NCBI GenBank assembly: GCA_001563335.1
Contig: LRSL01000118.1
Span: 2 to 64,001, forward strand
Direction: 5' to 3'
Source: Candidatus Thorarchaeota archaeon SMTZ1-45
GTDB taxonomy: Archaea > Asgardarchaeota > Thorarchaeia > Thorarchaeales > Thorarchaeaceae
Length of the DNA stretch: 64,000 bases
Shown here piece after piece: positions 47,373 through 56,610 of the stretch. The first letter of the stretch is position 1; the number at the start of each line of letters is the position of its first letter. The notes beneath the pieces are model-generated. The model was not told where the DNA came from and did no database searches. It was given only the letters and a program-made list of their open reading frames with translations. The translations under genes and the position numbers were made by a program.

Positions 47373-48050
47373 TTAACTCTCTTTTTCACGCGCTCTCTCT
47401 TCACGTGCTTCTTTTTCTAGGTCGGCAAGTAGCTCATCAATCCTTTTCTCATCTGAAGCTTCTTTTTTACTGGTCTTTGAAGGCATTACTCCTTCGGTTT
47501 CTAGTGGAGGAAGTACTCCCTCTTTTTCGAGTAGTACTTCTGCTTCCATAGCTTCCAACTGTCGGTCAATCCGCTCTTCATCCTCTACGGTTGAGTCAGC
47601 TCCTGACAAGTCTTCTGAGAGTAATTCGCCTGCTATTGAGATATGTTCAAAGGATTCTGAGAGCTTATCCAATTGCATCTGGATTTCCTCTGGCTTCAAC
47701 ATCGAACGTGCTTCGGTCAATGCATCGTTTGCAATTGTAAAAGCACGCAGAACTTCAGCTTGTGTTTTTGCTTCTTCTAAATTAAGCAAAGCAGTTTCTA
47801 GAGTAAGGAACTGCTGTTGATAACGAGACCTTCTATTCTCAAGATCCACGACTATACTAAGATGGGACCTTGCCATCGAACGGTTTCCTTGAGCCATAGC
47901 TTCTTTTGCAGACTTCTGCTCCTCTGTCATTCTGGTTTCAAGTCTGCGCATCCTCAATGTTAGGGCATTCATTGTGCCCTTCATCTCAAGTATTCCTCGC
48001 TCTGCATCCACCTTTTTTTTGCCACTAAGAAAGCCCATTTGTTCCACCAT
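47373..48050 (-). CDS. ESCRT-III / Snf7-family protein (CHMP4/Vps32-like)
   Basis: 225 aa. A basic N-terminal helical hairpin is followed by ALLNLEEAKTQAEVLRAF...MQLDKLSE...EDEERIDRQLEAMEAE, which parallels CHMP4B. The tail is acidic, with IDELLADLEKE. Confidence 0.8.
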   Translation of the reverse strand: MVEQMGFLSGKKKVDAERGILEMKGTMNALTLRMRRLETRMTEEQKSAKEAMAQGNRSMARSHLSIVVDLENRRSRYQQQFLTLETALLNLEEAKTQAEVLRAFTIANDALTEARSMLKPEEIQMQLDKLSESFEHISIAGELLSEDLSGADSTVEDEERIDRQLEAMEAEVLLEKEGVLPPLETEGVMPSKTSKKEASDEKRIDELLADLEKEAREERAREKES

Positions 48051-48154
48051 GTTTGGCCTTACGATTCTATCTCGTGTCTTGACGCATTTAAGGTATTGTA
48101 ATCAATACCCAACAAGTGATATAGAGTAATTAACACAAACAAAACGATGTTAGC

Positions 48155-48967
48155 ATGACTCTACTTCAGACAATAATAGGTGCAATTGATAGTGCAAAAG
48201 CGGTAATTATTGAAAATATTGACATGGCAAGAGAACGAACAGGTGAATTGAATCCATTTGGTGACAAAACACTCTTACTTGACAGAAAGGCGGAAGATGT
48301 GATTGTCAATGTCCTATCAAGTTCAAATGAAAACTTTGAGATGTTTACCGAAGAAAAGGGCTTTATCAAGCTTGAAGGCAAACCTGAGTTTCTTGCACTG
48401 ATTGACCCAATAGATGGGTCAGCGAATTTAGAGAGAGGAATACCACTTGCATCAATTGGAATCTCAATTGTTCCATATAAAGAGAAGATGACATCTGATG
48501 ATGTAGAAATTAGTGTAATTGAATCAATCTTCACTGATGAAACATATGTAGCAGTTACAGGAAAAGGTGTAACACGGAATGGAGTTAATGTTAGAACCTC
48601 AAATCCAATTGAATTAAAAGATGCTATCATCTCTTACGATACGAAGAAGACGTGGGATACGGATTTTTTGGAAAGAAGCTTGAGAACCATAGGTTCAGTC
48701 CATGATATAAGAAGATCAGCGAGTAATCTACTCGATCTTTGTTGGACTGCAGCAGGTTTCCTTGATGGAATGGTGGACCTTAGAAACATGCTGCCTTTTA
48801 TCCATCTATGCGGTACTCATATGGTTATTGAGGCTGGAGGGTTTGTTCTCGATCAGTATGGTAATCGATTCTGCATTCCTTTTAAACCAGAAATAATGAT
48901 GAATTTTATAGCCGCATCAAATGAATCGCTTGCTAGACAAATCTTAGTCATTTTCAATCAAAGCTAG
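48155..48967 (+). CDS. Inositol monophosphatase / FBPase family protein
   Basis: EEKG, LIDPIDGSANL and WTAAG motifs. Confidence 0.85.
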   Translation: MTLLQTIIGAIDSAKAVIIENIDMARERTGELNPFGDKTLLLDRKAEDVIVNVLSSSNENFEMFTEEKGFIKLEGKPEFLALIDPIDGSANLERGIPLASIGISIVPYKEKMTSDDVEISVIESIFTDETYVAVTGKGVTRNGVNVRTSNPIELKDAIISYDTKKTWDTDFLERSLRTIGSVHDIRRSASNLLDLCWTAAGFLDGMVDLRNMLPFIHLCGTHMVIEAGGFVLDQYGNRFCIPFKPEIMMNFIAASNESLARQILVIFNQS

Positions 48968-49026
48968 CATTTCAGACATATCCTATGTTTTATTAGAACC
49001 ACCCATGCGTTTCAGCTCTGAGAAAA

Positions 49027-49836
49027 ATGCCAAAACCTCCAGTACCGAAAGAAATTGCAGAAAATATGAAGGGTATCAAGCATAAGATTGTCGTACTTTC
49101 AGGTAAGGGCGGTGTTGGCAAAACCACAGTTGCCACAAATCTTGCAATATCCTTTGCAAAACGTGGAAAATCTTCGGGTATTGTGGATGTGGATATATAT
49201 GGACCAAACGTGCCTAAATTACTTGGTTTGGAAGGTCAACATCCTACAGCTGATGGAGAGTTCATCGATCCCATCATTGGTCCTCAGGGAGTAAAAGTCA
49301 TGAGTATGGGATTTCTTTTGAGAAAAGGCGATGATGCTATTGCCTGGCGTGGACCATTGGTGGCAAGAGCAATCAGTCAGTTTCTAGCAAATGTTAGGTG
49401 GGGAGAACTTGATGTACTTGTCGTTGATCTACCTCCTGGAACTGGAGATGAAATTTTAAGCATCCTGCAATCAATCCCAGATATTGATGGTGTGTTAATC
49501 ATTTCGACTCCTCAAGAGGTGGCGGTTCTTGATGCCCGAAGAGCTATTCAATTAGTAGAAAAAATGGACATTCCTGTTTTTGGAATCATCGAAAATATGT
49601 CAGAATTTGTCTGTCCAAAGTGTGGTGAGTCCTACAAATTATTTGGAGAAGGCGCAGCAAAGACAGCATCTAAAGACTATGACATTGAACATCTTGGTAC
49701 GTTGCCATTCGATCCTCGTGTAATTACTCTTAGTGATAAGGGAGATCCTTTTGTCATCAGAGAGCCAGAGTCCAGGGTTGCTCATGCATTCTCTTTACTT
49801 GTAGATAAACTTGCCACTAAAATCAAGATGGGATAG
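49027..49836 (+). CDS. Mrp/NBP35-family Fe-S cluster carrier ATPase
   Basis: Deviant Walker A VLSGKGGVGKTT, plus DLPPGTGD and CPKCG. Confidence 0.9.
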   Translation: MPKPPVPKEIAENMKGIKHKIVVLSGKGGVGKTTVATNLAISFAKRGKSSGIVDVDIYGPNVPKLLGLEGQHPTADGEFIDPIIGPQGVKVMSMGFLLRKGDDAIAWRGPLVARAISQFLANVRWGELDVLVVDLPPGTGDEILSILQSIPDIDGVLIISTPQEVAVLDARRAIQLVEKMDIPVFGIIENMSEFVCPKCGESYKLFGEGAAKTASKDYDIEHLGTLPFDPRVITLSDKGDPFVIREPESRVAHAFSLLVDKLATKIKMG

Positions 49837-49862
49837 ATGTACCAATTTTGAAGAGGATTGGT

Positions 49863-50396
49863 TTAGTCATCTTCACTAATGTCATCATCAACTTCTGAGG
49901 ATATGTCCTCGTATAGTTCTTCTTCAAGAGATTCCTCAGCTTCGTTTTCAATCTCAGAGATAACTTCTTCAAGATCATCCACCTCAAGCTCTTCTTCTAC
50001 TTCTTCTTCCCCAACATTCTGCGTTTCAAGCTCTTCTTCTACTTCCTCCTCCTCATATTCTTCTACAAGTTCTTCGTCAAAATCTTCAGAAGTAATGCCG
50101 GGTTTCAGACGGAGAATATACACATATCCAAGAGCAAAGCTAACTAGACCAAGTAGAAGTGTTAACCATGTAGCACCATCGAGACCAAACCATCTGACAG
50201 GATCAAGGGCAACATTAGTTCTAGGTCTACCTAGCAGGATGGTTTGAAACCACATTGGTACGACAAATGCCAATGGAATACATATAATCACAAGCAGAAT
50301 TATGGACATAATGATCTCTGCTGTGTAGTTTAGAATTCGTCTCAATGTGCTGTCAACAGCTTTCTTTGCTACAGACAATTTCACTCGCCTTGCCAT
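49863..50396 (-). CDS. Membrane protein with a poly-acidic C-terminal tail
   Basis: Two TM helices followed by ~80 aa of E/D-rich sequence (EEYEEEEVEEELE...). Confidence 0.55.
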   Translation of the reverse strand: MARRVKLSVAKKAVDSTLRRILNYTAEIIMSIILLVIICIPLAFVVPMWFQTILLGRPRTNVALDPVRWFGLDGATWLTLLLGLVSFALGYVYILRLKPGITSEDFDEELVEEYEEEEVEEELETQNVGEEEVEEELEVDDLEEVISEIENEAEESLEEELYEDISSEVDDDISEDD

Positions 50397-50499
50397 GGCA
50401 CAATGCGAACTCCATTAAAACCTTCTGGCTAAGAAAGAGTTGCACCAAAAAAACGAAGACCTTAATGGTCCATGAACCTAGTAGGAACGAGGGAGATGG

Positions 50500-50706
50500 A
50501 TGAATATCAGACACTGCCTGAGATGTGGGAGTACAGATCTTCAAGCTGGAGTCATTTATGATTATAGAGAATATGGCAAACCACAGATTTCATTCCACTG
50601 GAAGCCTGAATCAATACTTGGAATGGATTCAGTTTCGCTACATGCCATTCTCTGCAAATTTTGTGGTCATACTGAGTTAGTAGCTAATATTGATGCATTC
50701 ATTTAA
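50500..50706 (+). CDS. Small zinc-ribbon protein (68 aa)
   Basis: CLRCG ... CKFCGH four-Cys ribbon. Confidence 0.45.
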   Translation: MNIRHCLRCGSTDLQAGVIYDYREYGKPQISFHWKPESILGMDSVSLHAILCKFCGHTELVANIDAFI

Positions 50707-50715
50707 ACGACTAGA

Positions 50716-50805
50716 CATGAGTGTCCACACTGCAAGACAATCTATTCATACCGGGAAAATGATGAAGTAGCTCCAAAAGTCGTTAAATGGCAAAATTGCC
50801 TAAAA
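50716..50805 (+). pseudogene. Orphan zinc-ribbon module with no start codon (relic of a duplicated ribbon)
   Basis: It reads HECPHCKTIYSYRENDEVAPKVVKWQNCLK, in the frame of the upstream ORF just after that ORF's TAA. It is paralogous to KCPSCGAAYLYSLEKIKKGTVICQNCGN in the next ORF. It runs into that ORF's frame across the A4 run at 50802-50805. Confidence 0.3.
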
Positions 50806-50987
50806 CATTCAAAATCGTTCCTCCACAAAAGTGTCCTTCATGTGGAGCTGCATATCTCTATAGTCTAGAAAAAATCAAAAAAGGTACAGTAATCTGTCAG
50901 AACTGTGGGAACCTTTTCTTAATTCAAGACCCATTAGACTCGGATGAGTTAATTGAGGATATTGAAGCTGATTTACAAGAAGAGTGA
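50787..50987 (+). CDS. Small zinc-ribbon protein (66 aa) with an acidic tail
   Basis: CPSCG ... CQNCG four-Cys ribbon. Confidence 0.5.
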   Translation: MAKLPKTFKIVPPQKCPSCGAAYLYSLEKIKKGTVICQNCGNLFLIQDPLDSDELIEDIEADLQEE

Positions 50988-50997
50988 GTGAGGAGGA

Positions 50998-51101
50998 GGG
51001 GGCCCGTGAAAACAAGCGAGTAGTTCGCCAGTCGGGTCGGACGTTTTGAGAGAGAGAGGGAGGGAGTGACAGTATTCATGATGGTCGCGATTCGGACCCC
51101 C
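50998..51101. other. GC-rich long-range inverted repeat (candidate structured RNA or bidirectional terminator)
   Basis: GGGGGCCCG (50998-51006) pairs with CGGACCCCC (51093-51101) with one mismatch. It encloses a purine-rich GAGAGAGAGAGGGAGGGAG tract and lies between convergent genes. Confidence 0.25.
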
Positions 51102-51258
51102 TGTCCAAGATATGATATGAATTAATAGAATATAAGTATTACTCATATTATCATTGTAATTTGAAGAAATAATGATTTGTGAACTAATGTTGTCGACAAT
51201 AAAACTGCTGAGAAAGGTCGCAGATGTTTCTAATCTCTAATTTAGGAAAAATGATCTC

Positions 51259-52206
51259 TTATGTCATTTTTCTCAAATCGATTTCAACTACACTCAAATC
51301 CTTCTGTCTAATCCGAGTTTCTAATGACTGTATGTTCTTCCTTATAGATCTCTCATACATGACGAATGCAATTGAGATAGGACCCAACGCAAGTAACGGA
51401 GACACAATCACCGCTGCAACAGGTATGAGAAAAATCAACAGAGTGAAACCTCCTTCAGGAGGGAATATCAGGACAAACTGATACCATTCAATCGTCTGGA
51501 GAATTGTGAAAATATATGCTACAATTGTTGAGATCCCGGCAAAGCCCTTCATCATCTTCAGATACCAATTGCCTACTCCTTCAATATCGGCAGTCATCCT
51601 TGGTTTAGTCTTCAATTCGCAGACCAAACCCTTGTCTTGCATTAACCACATCGGCGCAAAAAGCAGCACAATAAAACATGATAATAAGAGAAGGATAAAC
51701 AGAAGAGCCATGCTAATGACGATTGTTTGAGCCTCAGGTGCAAGAGGGCTGAAACTCTCGGACACAAAAATCGCATTGGCGATGCTACGGATATTAGAGA
51801 TTGAATATGAAATGCCCAGAGTAACGAAGGCAGGTAAAATCATGCGTTTAGCTTGGGACTCTGACATTTGCTTAGCGTTGAACTCTTGCACATAGTAATT
51901 GTAGTTCTTGTTTGTAAGAATGCGATGGAATTTCCAAAGAAAGACAGAGATTGAAGGTGTAACAAAGTAGACCATAGTACCAATGATAAGTGAAAAAACA
52001 TAGAGCCAAACGAAGTCAAAAAGTATGTTTCCTGGGAGAATTCGATATATTCCTAGATTTGTGTCAAATGGAAAAGCACCCATAAAGGTGAAGACAACTG
52101 TTACAGTTATTGTGATGATCACAAGTATCTGAATAGCTATCACGATCTTCCAAGAAATCTTGGATTGATCTTCGTTATCTTTCAATGGAAACGCATCAAT
52201 ATTCAA
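51259..52206 (-). CDS. Hypothetical multi-pass membrane protein
   Basis: 315 aa with about 8 hydrophobic helices. No motif. Confidence 0.65.
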   Translation of the reverse strand: MNIDAFPLKDNEDQSKISWKIVIAIQILVIITITVTVVFTFMGAFPFDTNLGIYRILPGNILFDFVWLYVFSLIIGTMVYFVTPSISVFLWKFHRILTNKNYNYYVQEFNAKQMSESQAKRMILPAFVTLGISYSISNIRSIANAIFVSESFSPLAPEAQTIVISMALLFILLLLSCFIVLLFAPMWLMQDKGLVCELKTKPRMTADIEGVGNWYLKMMKGFAGISTIVAYIFTILQTIEWYQFVLIFPPEGGFTLLIFLIPVAAVIVSPLLALGPISIAFVMYERSIRKNIQSLETRIRQKDLSVVEIDLRKMT

Positions 52207-52334
52207 TGTTCATGCCTTCTAATTGAATATGCATCAATTCCCTTGTGGAATTTATGCTCATCTTGTATATCTAAACCATATTATGAATTCACTATTGCAA
52301 GAGAGATGAAACAAGAAAAAAGAGGGGGTGAGAA

Positions 52335-52393
52335 GGGGGCCGTAGAGAACATGGAAGGAGGAGAGAAACTGCTTCTGAGAGAGAAAGGCCCCC
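52335..52393. other. GC-rich inverted repeat in a purine-rich spacer
   Basis: GGGGGCC (52335-52341) is perfectly complementary to GGCCCCC (52387-52393). The loop is GA-rich. It shares the words GGGGGCC, GAGAGAGA and GGAGG with 50991-51070. Confidence 0.3.
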
Positions 52394-52554
52394 TGGCCCA
52401 CGGATAGTATTGTTTAGAATATATTTAAGCAAATGTCAGATTGCGAATACTCTTACTACAAATTCACATTGCAAATGAAGCCTAGAAGTCAAATAGTAAG
52501 AATGGAGTAGGATACGCTTAGCTGTTCTCAAAATCTGATAATTTCAATCCCAAG

Positions 52555-52908
52555 TTAGTCAGAGGTTTGTTGGATTCTACTGGATTCCATGGATAGTTGT
52601 TTTGTTTGATCTCTTCTGTACTGGAATATAGCCAGAATGAATAATACATAGCCAAAAAGAACACCAAGAATTTTAAGCCAACCAATTATGATAATATCAG
52701 TAGGTGAAGGGGGATAATAAAGAAAAATAACGCTTCCAACGCTAGCGCTGAATAAAAATGAAATCGCTGAGCCTGAAGCGTATATCACACTTCTAGTCGA
52801 TCCTTTGAGAGGACTGAGAAGCGCTATCAAAACTAATACTGATAGTATTTGACCAATAAAGCAAGCAATCTCATATGAATAATTCAGAATCATAGGTTCT
52901 GGTTGCAT
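52555..52908 (-). CDS. Small hypothetical membrane protein
   Basis: 117 aa with 3-4 TM helices. Confidence 0.5.
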   Translation of the reverse strand: MQPEPMILNYSYEIACFIGQILSVLVLIALLSPLKGSTRSVIYASGSAISFLFSASVGSVIFLYYPPSPTDIIIIGWLKILGVLFGYVLFILAIFQYRRDQTKQLSMESSRIQQTSD

Positions 52909-53061
52909 GAATCACTGCCACGTGTTATGAATATCAAATTTAGTCTTAATCTTTTAGATATTTCAAGAAAGATTACTGTTTATGCTGAAGTATTGTCAAA
53001 ATTGCACTTTGGAATTAAGTCATTGAAAATAAATAATAGATAGATGTAATGGAGAATCATT

Positions 53062-53391
53062 ATGGCAGAATTACAAATTGAAGACATAGTTGTTGGAACT
53101 GGCAATTCACCAAAGCAAGGTCAAACTGTTGTAGTCCATTACACAGGATGGCTGACGAATGGCAAGAAGTTTGACAGTTCAGTGGACAGAGGACAACCCT
53201 TTGAATTCAGAATTGGTGTTGGTCAGGTCATTCAAGGATGGGACCAAGGTGTTCTCACTATGAAGGTTGGTGGAAAAAGAAGACTCACAATTCCACCGAA
53301 TCTTGCATACGGAAACAGAGATGTTGGAAACGGACTTATACCAGCAAATTCGACACTTATCTTTGAGGTTGAGCTTCTGGATCTAAATTAA
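53062..53391 (+). CDS. FKBP-type peptidyl-prolyl isomerase, short FKBP12-like form
   Basis: 109 aa, collinear with human FKBP12: VVHYTGWLTNGKKFDSS.DRGQPFEF..G.GQVIQGWD.GV..M.VG..R.L.IPP.LAYG ... LIFEVELL. Confidence 0.9.
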   Translation: MAELQIEDIVVGTGNSPKQGQTVVVHYTGWLTNGKKFDSSVDRGQPFEFRIGVGQVIQGWDQGVLTMKVGGKRRLTIPPNLAYGNRDVGNGLIPANSTLIFEVELLDLN

Positions 53392-53462
53392 CCTTAACAC
53401 AACTCAACATTCAGAGGACTCTCTATTTATCCAAGCTAACTCACCCTTGGGAGGACTAGACT

Positions 53463-53810
53463 TTGAGAACACTAGCCTTTGATGGTCAGTACACACACAG
53501 TGTTATCAATTATCTTTCTCAGAATTATTCAGCAGTAACAAGGAAAGTACTCAATACAGAACAGGGCATAATGGCAATATTCATTCATGAGGAATATGTC
53601 TTCAGAACTGGTTCATTTCAGACATTGACATCAATTGTCGAGTCGCAAGGGGATTTTGAACAGTCTACATTAACTTTTGTTGGAAGTGGGGGCGGCGGTG
53701 GAATATGCAATTTTAACTGGGGGTTTCACTCAGCAGGTGAGGATACAATAATAAGGAATGTTCAGAGTCTTATCAATAGACACAGTCCTAGCTATTACTA
53801 TGATAGTTAG
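53463..53810 (+). CDS. Hypothetical protein
   Basis: 115-aa ORF with a TTG start. Its only feature is a Gly run (GSGGGGG). Confidence 0.35.
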   Translation: MRTLAFDGQYTHSVINYLSQNYSAVTRKVLNTEQGIMAIFIHEEYVFRTGSFQTLTSIVESQGDFEQSTLTFVGSGGGGGICNFNWGFHSAGEDTIIRNVQSLINRHSPSYYYDS

Positions 53811-53896
53811 TTGGACTGAGTCATTGCAGTATTGGGATAGAGATTGAATAACCAGCGCGTCTTATAGTTCAATAGATGAGGCTACAAATATCAGAC

Positions 53897-54421
53897 CTAC
53901 ATCTGAGGAATCAGGTTCATGATGATTGGAGCATAACCGTGTGAAAACACCTCAACCACAAATGGGTCGCTAGCCTCGGCAACCTTGGTCCATGCGCCAT
54001 TGTCGCGGCGATAATATGCGTACTGTGCATTACTGTGACGAATCTCAATTATGGATTTTGAAGGTAATCTGTCGAGATCACTAACTTCAAGTCTTCGATC
54101 AACCTCTGATTCATCATCTTCTGGTGTAGATAAGAAGACAGAGAAGATCACACCAGCATTAGGTAGCAGCAAGGCAACATGAGGACGGTCAATAGAATTC
54201 CATCTCTTTGGAACAGGCGGATAGCGACAAGTGAATGCACCTGATGCTGAGCGAAGAACCAGGTATGTACCCTCATCTATTGTCATTGGATCAGTAACCT
54301 CAAGCGTGCCTTGCGTATGTGGGGATATCTCTGAACTGATTGTCACATAGGATACATACACTAAAGTGTATATAACCTTCAGCCGAGCACTTGTCCATAA
54401 TTGCACCTTCTGGAGATGCAA
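53897..54421 (-). CDS. Hypothetical protein
   Basis: 174-aa ORF with an uncertain start (internal MTIDEG is possible). No motif. Confidence 0.45.
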   Translation of the reverse strand: MHLQKVQLWTSARLKVIYTLVYVSYVTISSEISPHTQGTLEVTDPMTIDEGTYLVLRSASGAFTCRYPPVPKRWNSIDRPHVALLLPNAGVIFSVFLSTPEDDESEVDRRLEVSDLDRLPSKSIIEIRHSNAQYAYYRRDNGAWTKVAEASDPFVVEVFSHGYAPIIMNLIPQM

Positions 54422-54575
54422 TATAACTTAACTAGGCGTCATTTCCAAAGTCCATTCTGACATAATTTATTTGGAAACTGCAATGCGAAGAAACCTACTA
54501 GAAGTCAATTTTTCGATGTGTCATCTAATATTAAGACGACTTAACAAATGGCCATTACATAAACTGCAAATCTCA

Positions 54576-55280
54576 TTAACGAAACGACTGGGCAGCCTCA
54601 AACACATCTTTCAAAGATGTGAACACCTTGGAAGCACCTGCATCATAGAGAACATCAGGTGCTGTTTCTCCAGTAGAAACCCCCCAGAATTCAATTCCAG
54701 CTCTTCTGGCTGCTGTGGCATCAATTAGTGCGTCCCCGATATAAACGACCTCACTTGGACTTACTCCTAGGTCGAATGCTATTTTCAGTAAGCCATCTGG
54801 AAAAGGCTTTGGTCTAGGCGACTCATGACGGGTTTGAATTATATCGAAATTCTCTCTAAGGGGTATTTGTTTCATAATCTTATCAAGTGCAGGTCGACCG
54901 TTGTTCGTGAGGATTGCCAATTTGAACCCTAAGTCACGTAGCTCCTTAACAATCTCTAGAGACCCTTCGATTGGCGTTGCTGTATCAGCTGCAAAGCCCT
55001 CATGCTGGCTAAGGATTCTATCAACTTCAGCCTCTATAGTGTTCCATTCGTCTATAGTTAATCCATTGTTAAGAAAATAATCACGGGCTTTTCCAGTTGT
55101 ACTTGAGATTCCATCAGCAGGTTCAAGTAGCCCAGGAGGTAGCCCCTTTGAGATATAGTACTCTTTGGTGTCTTTTCTCATGTCCTCGAGGGGGAGAGTT
55201 AGATGGGTTATTGTCCCATCCATATCGAACACCAAAGCTTTCAACACGCAGAGTACACCACCTCGAGAGCAAAAGGACAC
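54576..55280 (-). CDS. HAD-superfamily hydrolase (phosphoglycolate phosphatase-like)
   Basis: VFDMDGTIT, ILTNNG and GDALIDATAARRAG motifs. Confidence 0.8.
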   Translation of the reverse strand: MSFCSRGGVLCVLKALVFDMDGTITHLTLPLEDMRKDTKEYYISKGLPPGLLEPADGISSTTGKARDYFLNNGLTIDEWNTIEAEVDRILSQHEGFAADTATPIEGSLEIVKELRDLGFKLAILTNNGRPALDKIMKQIPLRENFDIIQTRHESPRPKPFPDGLLKIAFDLGVSPSEVVYIGDALIDATAARRAGIEFWGVSTGETAPDVLYDAGASKVFTSLKDVFEAAQSFR

Positions 55281-55309
55281 GCTATTAAGGATACCCGTAT
55301 CACCCTTAA

Positions 55310-55966
55310 TTACTTAGGATAGAGGTTGGCAATGAAATCGCGAATAGTCGATACAACAAAAGGCATACTTCTGTGATAGAAATGACCTTCTCCTTCTAAA
55401 GGTACAGAGTTACAAGGTTCTGGTTTAATCTTGTCTGTGAGTAGCTTTAGGTCATCAAAGGGAATCATCTCATCTGACTTTCCATGAAATAGGAGAACTG
55501 GACATTCAATATTGGAGAGTTTTTCTATATCAAATTCATCATTGGAAATTAGATCTATCGATGCACTGAGTGAAATTAGAAATGGAGGGGGCTTTAGTAA
55601 AGCCACTCTCATTGCAGTGGAAGCACCAAATGAATATCCAACGACTCCTACCTTATTGACCTTTGTGAGGGATTTTAGAAAGTCTATTGCGTTCATTGCA
55701 TCTATAATTGCCCCAGTTATTCCCGAGTATCCATGTAGAGGGGAAGTTGTACCACGAAAGTTAAACCGGAGTGTAGAAAATGATGCTTCAAGAAATACTT
55801 GCTCCAATGTAGTTACCACATGATTCTCCATGTTTCCACCAAACAGTGGATGAGGATGTAATATGACAACGCCAGGCTTGTTTGCTGATTCAGCTAGTGT
55901 TAGAATTCCACGAAGATTGTGACCTTCAGAATCGAATTCAACAGGTTTTGCTCTCAAAGGATTCAC
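55310..55966 (-). CDS. Alpha/beta hydrolase
   Basis: HPHPLFGG, the nucleophile elbow GYSFGA and a C-terminal GEGHFY. There is a 4-nt overlap with the upstream gene. Confidence 0.75.
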   Translation of the reverse strand: MNPLRAKPVEFDSEGHNLRGILTLAESANKPGVVILHPHPLFGGNMENHVVTTLEQVFLEASFSTLRFNFRGTTSPLHGYSGITGAIIDAMNAIDFLKSLTKVNKVGVVGYSFGASTAMRVALLKPPPFLISLSASIDLISNDEFDIEKLSNIECPVLLFHGKSDEMIPFDDLKLLTDKIKPEPCNSVPLEGEGHFYHRSMPFVVSTIRDFIANLYPK

Positions 55967-56469
55967 TCAACTTCAGAGGGTGTATATACTAGGGCTTTAG
56001 TACAAGCACGACTCATATCTGCGGGTCTAATAATTTCCATTTTGACGCCAGGAGCTATCTCTTCCCCAACTGAACCTACATAAGGCCAGCAGGCTGGTTC
56101 ACAATAGAGTTTTCCATGTTTCTTAAATTCCTCATATTGAGGGCAATATGGGTGGTCAGTAACTACACGAGTACTACCTTCCCAAGTCACCATCATCTTT
56201 GATCCCATTATATGACCAATGATAATCCACGCATCAACTGCATCCTTAAGGGTACTACCTAAACCAAGGCGATTTTTCATTGTTAAAGCATCTTGCTTAC
56301 CTAGCTTCTGGAATATTTCAGTTGTTGCTGCAAGACCCTGTTCTCCAAAACGAGTTTCTAACATAAGAGGGATTTCGGCTATCAATCGAAATAAATTGCT
56401 TCGAAGCTCTTTGACTTTGTTCCCAGCTGGAATGATACCTTTCACAGCAGCAGTCTTCATTATGCCCAT
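55963..56469 (-). CDS. Hypothetical Cys-containing protein
   Basis: 168 aa. DHPYCPQY...YCEPACWPY...SRACTK lies in the C-terminal half. Family not recognised. Confidence 0.5.
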   Translation of the reverse strand: MGIMKTAAVKGIIPAGNKVKELRSNLFRLIAEIPLMLETRFGEQGLAATTEIFQKLGKQDALTMKNRLGLGSTLKDAVDAWIIIGHIMGSKMMVTWEGSTRVVTDHPYCPQYEEFKKHGKLYCEPACWPYVGSVGEEIAPGVKMEIIRPADMSRACTKALVYTPSEVE

Positions 56470-56610
56470 TTTTTGATCGACATCCTTTAGGATTATGTTA
56501 GAAATCTAGAAATCTGATAAATTAGTCTTCTCCTTGAGTTCATATTTTCTGGAGGAATCATCTTATAGGTCAACGACATTCTAGTTTTTCAGAAGTGAGG
56601 TGAACCTACT

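Noticed and set aside
49879-50247. 122-aa plus-strand Ser-rich ORF.
   Set aside because: It is the antisense shadow of the poly-Glu tail of the 49863-50396 membrane protein.
55963-56469. Possible assignment of the 168-aa Cys-containing protein to an ATC-hydrolase-like family.
   Set aside because: The idea rests only on a vague memory of a Cys-rich C-terminal pattern. I cannot support it from the sequence, so it is left as hypothetical.
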